A stretch of 64,000 nt of DNA from Bugula neritina. Taxonomy: Eukaryota > Animalia > Bryozoa. The translations under genes were made by a program, and so were the position numbers. A model generated the notes under the pieces. It did not search any database. It was not told where the DNA came from and saw nothing but the letters and a program-made list of their open reading frames with translations. The DNA lies in NCBI GenBank assembly GCA_964035545.1, contig OZ037765.1, positions 21,387,304-21,451,303 of the forward strand. The letters are read 5' to 3'. Within the stretch, counting starts at the first letter, position 1, and every line of letters starts with the position of its first letter. Below, in pieces: positions 39,101-53,040 of this stretch.

Positions 39101-42100
39101 ACTGTATTGCTGTGAGTGAATCATAATGCTGTTTTCGTTGTAAACAGCATAAAAGCGGCTCTAAGCTCCAGTAGTTGTATCTTGCAGTTGAATGAAATCA
39201 CTGTATATGCTCTAATTTTCATAAAAAATACAAGATGCAATATATAACAAAATAAAAAACAGTATTCTAAACGAAATATAACTATAGTATTTTTAAAAAG
39301 TCATATTTTCAATTTGGTGGAAATGGTGTATGAGTGTTTATGTTATATTAGTATTATGGGCTATGGCTGTGTGGATTGCTTTATTTGTTTTAAAGAATCA
39401 TGAAAAGTCAGTTATAAATACTATCAAATCTAGTAACTAAGGAGCTAAACTAAAACTTTAATCTTTAAAGTAAATAGAGACTATCAACTACATCAATATA
39501 TTATTACTGCTGATAATAGAGTTGTAATTGAACACCTAAAGGTTAATATACTATCCATGAATTAAATATTGATGTTGCACTTGAGAATCATTTGGAAAGG
39601 TTTAAATATGTTTAGACTCTCAATAGATTATGTCTGAGATAGTGCAAACACTGAACACAATATATGTCAAGATGTTGAAGTAGTGGCATGTGATTTTAAT
39701 TGCAATATGGCAGCCTTTTCCCATACATTATGATGCTTGGTTAAATTAATTCAGGTGGCTAAATTTTTAGTCAAGCTTGGCAAAAATCCTGATGCATTAA
39801 AATAGTTAAAAAGCTAATCATTTGCTTGATAATGTATGAACTTCAAAAATGTGAATATTCTAATCTTATTATTGGTGTGTGTGTTTTTTAATTCTAAAAT
39901 GTATACATACAGTGTCTTCAACATTGGCTTGCCCAAGAATATCTCCAGAAGCAGTGGCTTGAGCAAGAAACTGAGCTGTTTTCATTCTACTACTTGATCT
40001 GGAAAGACCTTTAGTAGGGGGAGGTATAAGACGACCCGTTGCAGCAGAATATTGGCTAGTTCGTTTCCTCTCTACAGGCTTTGGCTCTTCAGCTTGAGAG
40101 GTGAGTCCTGCTGCCTTAGCCAATTCTTGTAGTTCAGCTCTCCATGGCTCTGCATCATTCTTCTGAGCTGCAGCAGCTACATATACACATACATGTATGT
40201 TAATTATCAAGTATGTACAAAGTATGGCTTAGAAAATCAATAATAAATATTTAGATATGATGAACATTAGGACAAATTTTAATAAAGCACATATATTTGA
40301 GGTAGGTGCAGTAATGGAGAAATCGAAAAAAGTCTGTGTTTAAGATTAGAAATGTAGTAAAAGAAGTCATGTTCTCGCAAAAATTTTAACCCCGCGCCCT
40401 GAACCAAAATTTATAAAAAAATTTAAAGAACTTAGGCTATCTCAATTTCTCCTCTACTGCACCTAAATGGAGCAATCTATCATATTATACTAATATAACC
40501 CTTAAGCAACTCACTAGCCTGAGGAGTTTGTTTCTGACCAAATGGCAACTTTTTGAGTGGGTGAAAGTAATGCAACCCAGTTAGTGTATCCATAGGATAT
40601 TGTGAAGAGTTAACATTGATACATTCAGTTGGTAGATTCAGTGCATCTCTAGCATATCCATTTGGCGGAAACTCTAAATGGTAACTTCTTTTAGCAGAAT
40701 CGTAATCATTAACTGTACAAATGGGTACATCCAATAGACCTAAAGGTATAAATCAGTAAAACAATCAAAAGGTAACCAAATCTTCAAAACCTTGTCAATG
40801 GCAGCAACTTAGTAATAGATAAAAAATCACTGTTTTGATTGCCGGTGGTCAATCCATAGTTATAATGCAATGCATTTTAGTAGAAGTGTAAACTGCAATC
40901 AAATGAATTCTTCTTCAAGAATAATAAATTAACTGTAAACAAGACCAATTTTTATAAACCAAGTATTTTGATGTTTAACCACTTACCTTTAAAATGATTT
41001 ACTCTTCTAGGGTGTGGGTTATGACGGGTAAAAAAAGAGCTCATACTCAGTTTTCCAAACCGATAGCCACCCATTGTGGCTGGTCTTCTCAAATGACCAG
41101 ACTTTCTATAATTTTCGGTTGGTATATTGATGCCATTTGCCACATTATCCCGTATCAACAGGTCTCCATTCGATGGAAGAAAGGCATCAAGTGAGCGACG
41201 CTGTTAAAGAAAAATTAGCTATATTATGACAAAAGTGCAGAACTGCTTTTTGGTTTCACATCAATAAAGATTTAGTTAGTGAAACTTTATAGCATAATAG
41301 ATTGCCTGACTATAATCTAAGTTGGGCAACAATTTGTATATCATCTCCTGCACCTGATAATAATACATAACAGCGACTTCAGGAAAATTGCATGATATAA
41401 GAATGAATTATATGCTTGTATATATGTATCTACATGTATGTATACAACGTATACAACGTATATATGTATATAATGTAAATATGTATATATGTATATATGT
41501 GTATAATGTAAATATGTATATATGTATATATGTGTATAATGTATATATGTATATATGTATATAGGTATATAGGTATATAATGTATAATATATATAATGTA
41601 TAATGTATATATGTGTATAGGTATATGTGTGTATATATGTATAATATGTATATGATTATGCTTATGCATGTACAGGAGTATATATACATAATATACATAT
41701 ATGTTAGAACTAAGCTCAAGCTAATTTGACTTATTAAGAAACCAGTTCTGGCTCCAGTTATTCAGACTCCAAAACTTACTAACTTATTGACTGACTGTAC
41801 TAATTCATTTTCAGTTAGCTTCTTTATGCAGGTAACTCTATGGAGGTGACTGATTACAAATCTATAGTACCTATATAGGCTATATGTAATCTCTTAAATA
41901 GAAATTACATCACACATATACTTGATCAAGCACAAGCAAGTCGGTTCTAATTGACTCAAGTTAACTCAAGTTATTGACTTGCTGTATGCCTGCACATACT
42001 CAGCTCTGATCATGTTATATGCATACATATATGTCAATGTATATGCAACAAAAATACATGGAGGTAGTTTTAATCTCTAGAAGTTATTGTTACATAAACT

Positions 42101-42402
42101 TGTACATGAAATGGCCAAACATTTCTTGCCAGGCACAAATTAATAAACCATAAGAGTAAGTAAAACTGCATCAAGTACGTCTTGCTTTGCAATTTTTTAT
42201 TTTTAAAACTTATAGCAGCATTTTATTGCTTTGTGTATTGAATACATGTTTTTAAGGCTAGTTTTTTTCTAGTAGGTAAACAGTTTTTTAAGTTTTGAAA
42301 TGAAGCAGATTTGTTTCAAAGTAAACTGAAAAGCAATAATAAGAAAGCCACATATCTATAAAATGTAGAGCTTATTACCTGAGGTGGAGCACTCCTTGAC
42401 AT
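36175..42402 (-). CDS. TBATA: TBATA (SPATIAL) family protein, about 9 coding exons
   Basis: [38 protein letters not shown] and VMMMLCQILQTDDVQAVQQWL...EKGMVQELIKAA match the two conserved TBATA blocks, plus WRAELQELA and YSAATGRLIPP. ATG at 42402, TAG at 36175-36177. Confidence 0.82.
40305..40463. mobile_element. Small MITE with imperfect ~30-bp TIRs, TA-flanked (Tc1/mariner-like)
   Basis: Left TA|ggtgcagtaatggagaaatcga; right-end reverse complement TA|ggtgcagtagaggagaaattga. Confidence 0.7.
41408..41705. repeat. Degenerate (TA/TATG) low-complexity tract
   Basis: Almost only A/T/G in tatatg/tataatg units; intronic in TBATA. Confidence 0.9.
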
Positions 42403-42751
42403 GCTATCAGACTTGTTGGTTTATACTTTTACTTTATACTAAGAAAAATAAACATCTATAAACTGCTACCACTGTATACAGCACCTCTCACTAGCAAATC
42501 TAGATCTGCAAGAAGGGTAGCGTGTAAGTTGAAAGAAGCAAAAATAAAGCAAAGGAATATAAATTATGTGCAATTTTTGTAGCTCCTTTTCTAGCATCAA
42601 TTTTGTTTTAAAAATCTATTTGTTTATTTGAGAATCATAACTTCATTATAAACAATAAAGTCACAGCAAAATTACACATAATAGCTATGGCTGCAAATAA
42701 TGGAAACATATTTCAATTAAAATATAAGCAGGGATACTAAATATGCAAAGA

Positions 42752-42918
<167 letters not shown>

Positions 42919-43979
42919 CATGGAATGGCTACTCACAAGGAATGAAAATAATAATCATAACACGCATGAAGATATCTTTCAAAATATTAAGCAAGAAAGC
43001 AACCACATTGCAAGCATAATAATTACTGAAGCTTACCATCACGATGCTGTTGTTAGATGAGACACGAAGACTTCAGTACTAAATATAAACTGACGACTAG
43101 TGGTTGCTAGCGAATTACTGCTACTTTCAAAGGAGCCTAGAGACCAATAAATTTAGACTGTGTGTAGAGTAGGAGCTTTGTAATCTATCACAAACCTATT
43201 CAACAGCTAGCAGTAGCTGATTAGAAGTATTTAGGAAATCTTTTCAATCCACACAATACTCATTACTTTGAATAAACACCGAGTCTAGTAAAGTGTTGAT
43301 TAAAAGAGAAGCTTTTGTTTTGTGACATGTAATATTAAGCTAGAATTAAACAACAGAATCAATACTGCATAAAATTGTAGAGGAAGTGTGAACAATATAA
43401 CTCCATTTTATTATGGGTTATTATACTACATATCTTATATCAACTTTGCTGCTAAGTAATTAACACAAGAAAATCTATAAAAACAAAATACTGTAGCAAA
43501 TAATAAAAATGACAGCTGGTGTTCTTACACTGAAACTGTTATACTGAAACGGTTTCAAGAGTTTTAGATAGAGAATACATATAAAAAACTGCCACACAAT
43601 AAAAAATAGTGCTTGTACACAACGTTTAGTGTATCAGCAGATTATAGTGCATAACCATAAGTAGAAAGACAACTCCAGTATCAAATACGAAACATTTAAA
43701 AATAGGAAGTAACTAAAACAAAGTATGAGGAATGATACATAATGAGTGCACATATAGACCCTACATTGAAAAACCTATTCATATAAAAACTTGCCTAAAA
43801 CCTCATTATTGTAGTTCTTTAAAAAATAATACTAAGGTTAATATCAAAACGAGAATGAACACAATCATTATGAAAAATGAACATAGAAACATTAGCTGAA
43901 TTGATAGAAGTATTTATATAAAATTGATAGAAGTATTTATATAGAATTAATAGAAAAAGTGTTTATAAACGAAGAATAA

Positions 43980-46900
43980 CTAAACATCGATTTTGACGCA
44001 GACAGTTTTTTGCTCAGTAAAGAAATCTAATGAGTCATCTTGCGATTCTCTTCCAAGACCAGACTTCTTGGTGCCACCAAAAGGCATTCTCAGATCCCGA
44101 ATCACCCAGCAGTTGCACCATACTGTCCCGACCTAGCAAACACAATCAGAACTTATATGATGCACTCAAGTTCTCGCCAAAATCTGTGAGGTATAAACAG
44201 GTTATGTAACTATAAAAAGTGCTTGATATCTAACACTCATTTGATATCTAACAAATATTAGGAGCCTGGTTCCTACCCCAAACAACCAGAGTTCCAATAT
44301 CAGAGATAAAGCAGAGACAATTTTGCATACATATAAAACCTGTCCAACGACATTTGGCCAATACCACTAAATAATTAAAATTTTATACTAGATACAGAAA
44401 TTCAAAATAACTGTTAGCAGAAAGGAGCCTGTGTTCAGTACAAACTAAAAATATTTTAAAACCTATCTCATGTAAAACGTTAAGCCTTACTAGCAAACGG
44501 CCATATACAAAAGTAAATTAGGTTTTTACAAAAAAGGTATGACACAGATTCAGAAAGTATTCTAGAGGTACACCAAAGCTGATGCATTGATATGTCTATA
44601 AGCAACTTACATCTAACGCCTGGGCTACTCGATGAATTTTTCCAACATCTCTAGAGAAAACAGTAGCAGACAATCCATAAGAGATATTGTTGGATCGTTC
44701 AATAACCTGTCAAATAAAAACATTTATCAAATACTATGATTTTAAGATCATTTGTTCTATGCTATTAAATGTTGAATACTTTATATACTTTGCATTGATT
44801 CAGAACAGAAAATCTGCCTGAACTCAAAATAATAGGTGCAGACCTCTTGCTCTGTAGTAAAACTAGTAACAGTAACCACTGGTCCAAATATCTCGTCCTG
44901 ATTCACACAGCTGTCATCTTTCAATCCAGTTAATACAGTTGGTAGAATAAAGTAGCCCTAAAAAGAGTGTTGCAATTAGCAAGCAGAATGTCATTCTAAC
45001 TATTTCTACGATTTCCCATGTGTGTGCAGGCATAAAACTTATATTATCTAGCTAAAAAATTGTTCAAGCGTTCAGCCTTGCTCTCCAATAATCAGGCATT
45101 ATTTTAAGTTAGTAGTCTATGCAGCTATAGAATTTGGAGGGGGAGGAAAAAGCCGAAATCCTAAAAATAGGCTATACAATCTTGCATTTACGATTTAATA
45201 AAAATCATTAGAAAAATGAATATACACAGCTACACTCAAAGTTTCTCAACTCTCAAAATGAATAAATAAGGGACAACTCTAAACTCGGTTTATGTACTCT
45301 TACATTTTTATTGCGAGGAGACAAATCCAAGTCATCTACAAGATGTCCACACCTAATTTTTCCATTTTGCTTCACTGCCATATTGATGTAAGATTTCACT
45401 TTGTCCAGATGATCCTTGCTGACCAGGGAGCCAGTGGTAGATGCAGGTGATGTTGGATCCCCAACCTTCAATTTCCTGCAAACAAAATAAAAACACTTTT
45501 AAATTAATCATTATGTAAAAGGTTTTATAAACATGATAAAAAATATTAACCAACACTTTAGGTGTATATCTGCGGGAAGTAATTTATTACAACTATAACT
45601 GTATTCTAGCTAAAATAGTCTATGAACCTATCAAATAGTTCTTTTTTATATTACCATACATGACTATTGGGAACCTGAATTTAGGTCTGGATACATAGGT
45701 TAAGGACCTTTGCTCTATAAATATTAATAGAAGAAAAGAAACAACTCCGAGTATAGATGTCTACTCCTTGTAATTTACTAACGTTATTGAGTAAAAGCTT
45801 GTTTATATGAAGTAGAAAATAGCTTGGGAAGTTGTGTACCTCGTTGCTTCAACAAACTTTTCCAAAAACTCTTCAAACACTTCTTCATGTACGAAAAGTC
45901 TTTCTGTACACAAACAGATTTCTCCTTGATTTGCAAAACAAGAACTAAAAACAGAGTATTAGTAGCAGACCTTAAGCAACAAAAACTTCTTAAAATATAA
46001 TACAGTCTATCATAGTATACTAGTTCACATTTATCACATTATTATTATCATCATTATTATATTAGTATACTAAAGCCGCAAATGCATAGTAGGATAAGAT
46101 AAATGAGCAACTAGAAAATAGATTTACTGGTAAATAAATTATTAAGGTCTAAAAATATCACCAAAAGAGTTACTGAAAATTATGTGGACACGACACCCTC
46201 TGGTATCTAAAACTAACACTTACCTGACTATGGTTGGTACACATTTCTCTAGGTCAGCATCACTAAATACAATTCCACTGTTTTTACCACCAAGCTGAAA
46301 CATGAACAATACTAGTAGTTACCAGAAATACAATCAAACAATAATTCGCTGACTGAAAAACAGAGACAAAGCCATTTAAAAACCACCAAAACACACCTAA
46401 GCCACTGAGAGGTCGTGAGAGTTTTATTAATAAATGCTGTCCACAGTGAAGTTCAAGTTCACAGTGAGTAGTCAGGCTAGTATTTATTAGAACAGTTTGG
46501 GAACTAAACTGCTGGTTGTTTGTGGACAATGTAAGTCATAGTTAACTGATGGTTGTGTAATCATCAAATGACAGTTAGATAGCTTCTTAGCCTAGCAGTG
46601 GTAGCTGATAAGCCAATATAATGCTTGACAGTTGCCTTTTTAGATGTATTTGAGCCACTGGCTTTACAACAGTTCTTCGACATAGAAAGCAGATGAATGG
46701 TAGCTATTCTTTAAATCAAACAATGATCTCTTGGAATTTTAAGATGTTTATAGATTTTCTATGCACATTGAGTAAAAACTAGACTTAAATATTATATAAC
46801 CAAAACAATTTTATATTACAGAATGTTTTTACAAGACAAGGATACTAAATATTTTCTGCAACATATATTTAAAAAGCTTGAAATTGACTGAATTTATTTA

Positions 46901-49900
46901 GCAAAAAAGCATCATAAGCAAATAAGTTGATTGTGTCAAATGGCATATAATTTCATCATGTAAAGTTGACGATACTTTGATGATGTCTTTCAGAGATTTC
47001 TGTCTTATAGTTAAAACAGCAAAATATATTTTCACAGCATAATATGCTGACTTAAAATTGCTAAGCTACAGTTCACTTCAAGCTTTTCAATGATGCTAAA
47101 AGTGTTTAGATGTCCTACAACTTCCAAATTTTGATAAAAATATAAAAACAAGCTCATGGGCAAGGATGATGGCTCTGGTTGGGTTGCTGTGCTACTGTTC
47201 AGTATCTCAGATAGCGGTATAATATCAGACAAACATTACATTTACACAGAAACTGTGCCTTTGCTGTGATTTGTGCAACTTGTGATAAAAACCCACAACA
47301 TGCTTGACTTACACATGATTTATGACATGGGCGAGTCACATAATGCATTTGTTCTAAGGTTAAATTTAGAAAAAGAAGTAATTTACACTTTTGAATGCCT
47401 TAGTAATGACTTTTCTTTAGCTGTGTTTTTGCAGTTTGGCAAATGCCATAAAAATATTAAGCCGTGTGACCGCATGTGGAATAGTAAAAGTTGCATCTTT
47501 AATAAGCAACTTGCAATTTGTTGAAAAGAAAAATAAAACATCAATAAGTATTTAGCAGGCTAAAGCCCACACAGCAATGGCACTAAGGGCTAATTTCACC
47601 ATTGCATATGCCTAGCACCCTTCTTATAACATACTCAGTTATATAGTGGCTCACTGAATGTGTGTAAATATTGTGCCAGTGTATAGCAACAAACCTCTAG
47701 TGACAGCTTCTTGCAGTGTTCAGCAGAGCTCCTCTGTATTATCTTGCCAGTAGCTGTGCTGCCGGTGAAGGTTATGAGAGGAATACCCGGATGTGAGACT
47801 ATTGCCTCACCAACCTTAGACCCGTAACCAAACACCATATTCACCACTCCAGCTGGTAGACCTGTCAGAATCATGGAGGTTACAAGATAAACTAATTATA
47901 ATGAATTGCCAATATACTCGATTGCATTTGTAGATTATTAGTTTCTAAGATCCTATGCTATTGAATACATATCCTTTAGTAGCCTCTAGTTTCGCAATGA
48001 TGTGAAACAAATTTAATTTTAAAAAGTTTCTTGGGTAAATCAAACTCTAATCACTGAACCTTCTCCTAACATTTTTGCAAGTGGCTATTAGATGCTGTAA
48101 ATAATTGGTCATCAGTCATAACTAACGACCAATCATAGTATATATCAGCGGCTTATAGGTTTATCAAGAATGGTTCAATACAGCATTTCTGGATTAGCAA
48201 ATTCCTTATTTGCTAAGCAGTATTAGGATAATAACACAATTATGTTATGATCAGATAAATTGCAGTTTCTCACTAGAAAAAACTAGTTTTCATTCTTTAT
48301 AACTGCAATGGTTCACTAACTATAACATTAATGAAAGTGTTTTTTCCAAGTGTTGCCAAATTACTTTACATATAAGAAGAAAAGCTTATTGTGCATTATT
48401 GTGCATAACAACCAAGATTTGCCAACCAACTACTTCCTCGTGATGGAGGATGTCGTCTTCCATATTTAATGGTGATAACCGAAACTGGGGGTGTCAGATT
48501 TCCTATTCAAGGCATATTTCAGATAGCTGCAAGTTCTATTTAATTACTGTCATTAGTGGAGGCTGAATATTAGTTCAACTCATTACAGGCCAACTAACTG
48601 AATAATGAGACGATTAGCTATGCTAAACTATGCTATGCTATACAGTACTATGCTATGCTAAACTATGCTATGCTATACAGTACAATGCTATGCTAAACTA
48701 TGCTATGCTATACAGTACAATGCTATGCCAAACTATGCTATGCTATACAGTACTATGCTATGCTAAACTATGCTATGCTATACAGTACAATGCTATGTTA
48801 AACCACACTATACTATAAAGTACCATACTATGCTAAGCATACTATACTATACTATGCTAAGCATACTACTACATACTATGTTGTCCTATTGGCGGTCAGT
48901 TAATTAAACACTTATGAATAATACCTTGAGACTGCCGTGAATTAAATAATCATTAAACAATGAAAAAGACATATTTTATACTAAAACTGCACCTAAACAT
49001 AAAACAATTATTTTATACAAATTTCCTGCATACAACCAGCAGGAAACATTGTGAAAATTTAATAATTTATGTGCAAATAATCCACATCCTATAAGGTGTG
49101 TGTAAAGTTCCAGACAGGCACAGACTACATTAGCACAGCATACAAGGAAGCTAAAATATCACTGGAAGTCCAAATTAATAAATCAAATACAAAATATTAT
49201 GCTAAACTAAGAAGCCATATAATATACATAGTAGACATGTTCATCATCATATCTGTACAGTAAATTTGATATTCATTCTCATAGAAAAAAAACACATTTT
49301 TTAAGGTCATATTCCACTTAACTCACCTGCTTGGAGTAATACATCACACAACATGTAGGCAGTTACTGAGGTCATCTCACTAGGTTTACACACACAGGTG
49401 TTTCCTGCAACACATATATAATGCACTATACTAATATGATTCTATATAACAGACCATACCAATATGATTGTAACAGAGCTAATAAATTATGCTTTCAAAT
49501 ATGTATGTTCGTTCAATCATATTTTGTGAAGTACAATTTCTATGCTGAGAGTATTGAATGCACATTTTAAAAGTTTATTTACCAGTTGCAATGCAAGGAG
49601 CAATTTTCCACGATAGAAGGTACATAGGCAAATTCCAGGGAGCAATAATTCCAACAACACCAATTGGGTGCCGAGTAGTATAGTTTAGAGCAGAGTATGC
49701 TTCTTGATATGTGGACCTGAATCAGGGCATACAGAGATAGTTGGCTAACAGACCTTGTCAGTTTTGATGAATATAACGGAGACGGTCTATAGTAACTATA
49801 ACCACATGGGAGGATTAATCAAACAAAATATTTTAATGTAAAAAATGTGAATTGATAATGACACTATTGGCATATATAGTGCCGAGTTGAGTTTTTGACA

Positions 49901-50647
49901 TTAGTTGGCTTTTAAATAAATCTGTTATCTACACCCTACAGTCATATCTGATGATTATGTAAACCAGAAAAAGAAGTTTGTGACTGCAGCTAAGCATGGC
50001 CAGACCTGTTTTGGTAATGTAGGATAGAAGTAGCAAAAAATCTAAAGTTTAGCACAGCTCTTGGTATGTCTGCATTTTTAGCCACAGATATTGGTTTGCC
50101 ATTGTCCCGGGATTCAGCGATAGCAAACTCTTCCAGTCTGCTCTCCAATATGTCGGCAATTTTTAGCAGTAATCTTGAACGCTCTTCCACAGTTGTCTTT
50201 TTCCAACTACAGAAGCAATAACAAATATAAGCTAAATTATGGGCACCATAAAATATAGAGTACAGGGTGCTTGTAGCTTTTAAAAAACACTGAAATATTA
50301 AAAATAACTCGGTCAATGTCTAACTAATGAAGGTCGCACGGTAAACAATAATTATTCATGGGGCTTCAAGGCATGTTATATTATATTTAAACAAATAGCA
50401 GTTTGTAGCTTCTTTGGCTTAGTGCCAAATAAATGAATTGTAATTTATTCTAATGTAAAGTTTTTTTAACTTGCCCAGAGAAAGCTTTCTTGGCGGCTTG
50501 ATAAGCCTGTTCTACTTCTTCAGCATCAGAATCGGGCACCTTAGCCCACACCTCCCCTATTGCCGGGTCATAGCTTGCTATAAAATTCTTAGCAGGAAAA
50601 TACTCATTGTTTATGAAATTCTGAATGATGGTAAGTGAAGTTGCCAT
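43980..50647 (-). CDS. ALDH8A1: Aldehyde dehydrogenase family 8 member A1 (2-aminomuconic semialdehyde dehydrogenase), 11 coding exons
   Basis: DIPRAVLNFRFFATSILH, IAPWNLPMYLLSWKIAP, KPSEMTSVTAY, FTGSTATG, KLSLELGGKN, FANQGEICLCT (catalytic Cys), EIFGPV, WCNCWVIRDLRMPFGG; TAG at 43980-43982. Confidence 0.93.
48618..48880. repeat. 35-bp minisatellite built of 5-mers (ctatg variants), about 5-6 units, decaying rightwards
   Basis: Unit ctatgctatgctaaactatgctatgctatacagta repeated in an ALDH8A1 intron. Confidence 0.92.
50207..50474 (-). other. GC-AG intron, ALDH8A1 first coding intron
   Basis: Donor GG|GCAAGT with acceptor TTCTGTAG|T gives KAFSG-WKKTTVEERS; the GT at +5 puts the next exon out of frame. 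Confidence 0.85.
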
Positions 50648-52799
50648 ACTAAAAGTCCTGATTTTCAGACAGAATATCCTGGATAACCAACTAGTGTTAT
50701 CTGAAATGTCAAAAATAATTTACATATAACTAGAATGTATACAAAAATAGGTCACAGCACATTAAATTTTATAAAACAACCAATACCAACATAAGCGATT
50801 TTCAAAAAGTCATTGAAAGGTTTTTGTTTGAATGAACACTCACAGGCTTAAGATTTGCAAATCAATTAATATGATGATTTATCATTCAACAATAGAAAAA
50901 GAGAGTTGTGAAGTTTTCATAGAAGACAAACCTTCAGAAAACTAGTAATGACATGAGAAACAATAAAATTAACAAAACATGTTTGATTTTAGTGTCTGAA
51001 CAGCAGTTTTTCTCAAAATTTCCAATTTTCTAGCTAGGCCACAATTTTTTGCAAGAAAACAATAGAAAGTACTTATATTGATTTTATACAAATGAAAAAA
51101 ATAAATTAATGGCCATTAAAGGAATGACAGGCTCAAAAATAATATGGGGCACTTGATGTTCCAGTAAAAGTTCTATTAGACCTAATGTAGGTGTATAAAT
51201 ATCAGGTAAAGACCTGTACACTCACACATCACCCAATAAACCTATTTTTAAAATGATTAATTTTCAACATAAATTATTATTCAAAACTTTTCATGGCTAT
51301 TATATGATAAAACACATATTAGTTGATTTAAATAATAAATGAGCTGGTTTCCAAAGTGTTGCCCTTATTGTGAAAATTGCTACCTTTTTAAAGAAAATAT
51401 TGATGTTTACAAAAATATACATATTATAAAAGAATCAAACACCAACAACTGTCACAATAAAATATTTTTGCAACAACAAGTATAAATGGTGTTAAATGAT
51501 TTATTACATTTGACCTTGTTAAATTCATTTATTTTAGCTAATTAAATACTTGCTTCTTTTACAGTTTGACCAGGAAGATGCCTGTGAAAAATAAACCTGA
51601 TTATATTAATAGCTAATAAAAGCTAGCAACATCTTTATGAACTTTTAATCATAAACACCTTCAAAGAAGTGTTTATGCCATTGATATAATGCTGCTTCAT
51701 AATTATTAGTAATTATGGCATATTTAATTTTACAAACTAAGCAACTTGTCTAATTGCAGTTTATAAGTTGCTTGAGCACAACACGTATTCAACAAATTCA
51801 TAAATTAAATTTAGAATTAATGCTTCAGGACAAATATATCTTTATAAATCATACTACTTATTATCTTTGTTCTTGAGGGTTTTTGACTGCACCATTACAA
51901 TGGCCTAACAATAAAGTCTTTTATTGGGTTGGTTCAAAGTAAGTATTAGAAACTTTAATATGCTATGTAATTAGATTAATACACAAAGCAGTACGAGTAT
52001 ATTATAGAGCGAATAATGATCATTATCATTATGGTATATGACTGCAGTATGCAGAAAAGAACTGCATAGTGATATGTACATAATGTCATAATTATGTATG
52101 AAAGAACTAGATAATTTATACATATATAATTTATATATACAGAACCCATATTACTTGCTGATCTTACTGTGAAAATTTTGATATTTTAAAAGAAAATACT
52201 AAATTTTACAGTGAGTATCAGTATGTGTGTGTGCGTGCGTGTGTGTGCTCGTGCGTGTGTAATTATAATAATATAACTAATACTAATAGTAATAGTATTA
52301 ATACCATTGTGATTGTCTATTAGTATTAAAATGAAACTGAAAGTCACAACTGACAAAGTCAAAGTGAAAACTAATTTTTATGTTTTTCTTTAATTATATA
52401 TTTTTAGTTAAACTTAATGTTATAGTTAATATCAGCAAAATAAGACTTATACTTATAGTTAGATTATATTTATTTATCTAGAGTAAGGAGACTAACAGCA
52501 ACTTATTAATAATTATTTTTGTAACAACACTAACAGTAACACTAACAGCAACGCTAACAGTAACTGTAAGTGTTAGTGTAAGACTAAGTGTAAGCTCCAG
52601 TGAGGAGGCTCCCCACTGACACTCTTTTACTTTAACAAGTAACTATCATTGCTCATAACTTAGCTAACTACATATAAATCAGCGCATAAAATAGCAAATG
52701 ATGGTTACATGATAAACTCAAGACTAACAGTAAAACACATTCGTATTGATACTAATCACTAAGTCTAATGTAAATGTCATTTTAAACTTGTGCAGGTTG

Positions 52800-53040
52800 A
52801 GAAGCGCCCATGCATTAGAAATTGGCCCCGCCTTTCTTAAACAACAGCGCTACAGCCTACATTTCACAAAAGTATAGGACTTTGCAAGATGCTGATTTTA
52901 ATTTTGGAGTGATAGAATCTAGACTAATTAATGCAGCCCTGACCTTCCATTGTGTCAAGGGCGTCTACCATTCGTTTGTACGATTTCCCTTTTATCAAAA
53001 TTACAGTGTGAATGAGTGTACAGTAGTCGTAGATGCAGAT
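52800..53040. promoter_or_regulatory. Candidate bidirectional core promoter for ALDH8A1 and CWF19L1
   Basis: CpG-richer patch between the divergent genes containing ATTGG (reverse CCAAT) adjoining the GC box CCCCGCC at about 52821-52832. Confidence 0.45.

Noticed and set aside
48618-48880. 35-bp repeats as a CRISPR array
   Set aside because: Head-to-tail units without unique spacers, inside a eukaryotic intron, with no cas genes.
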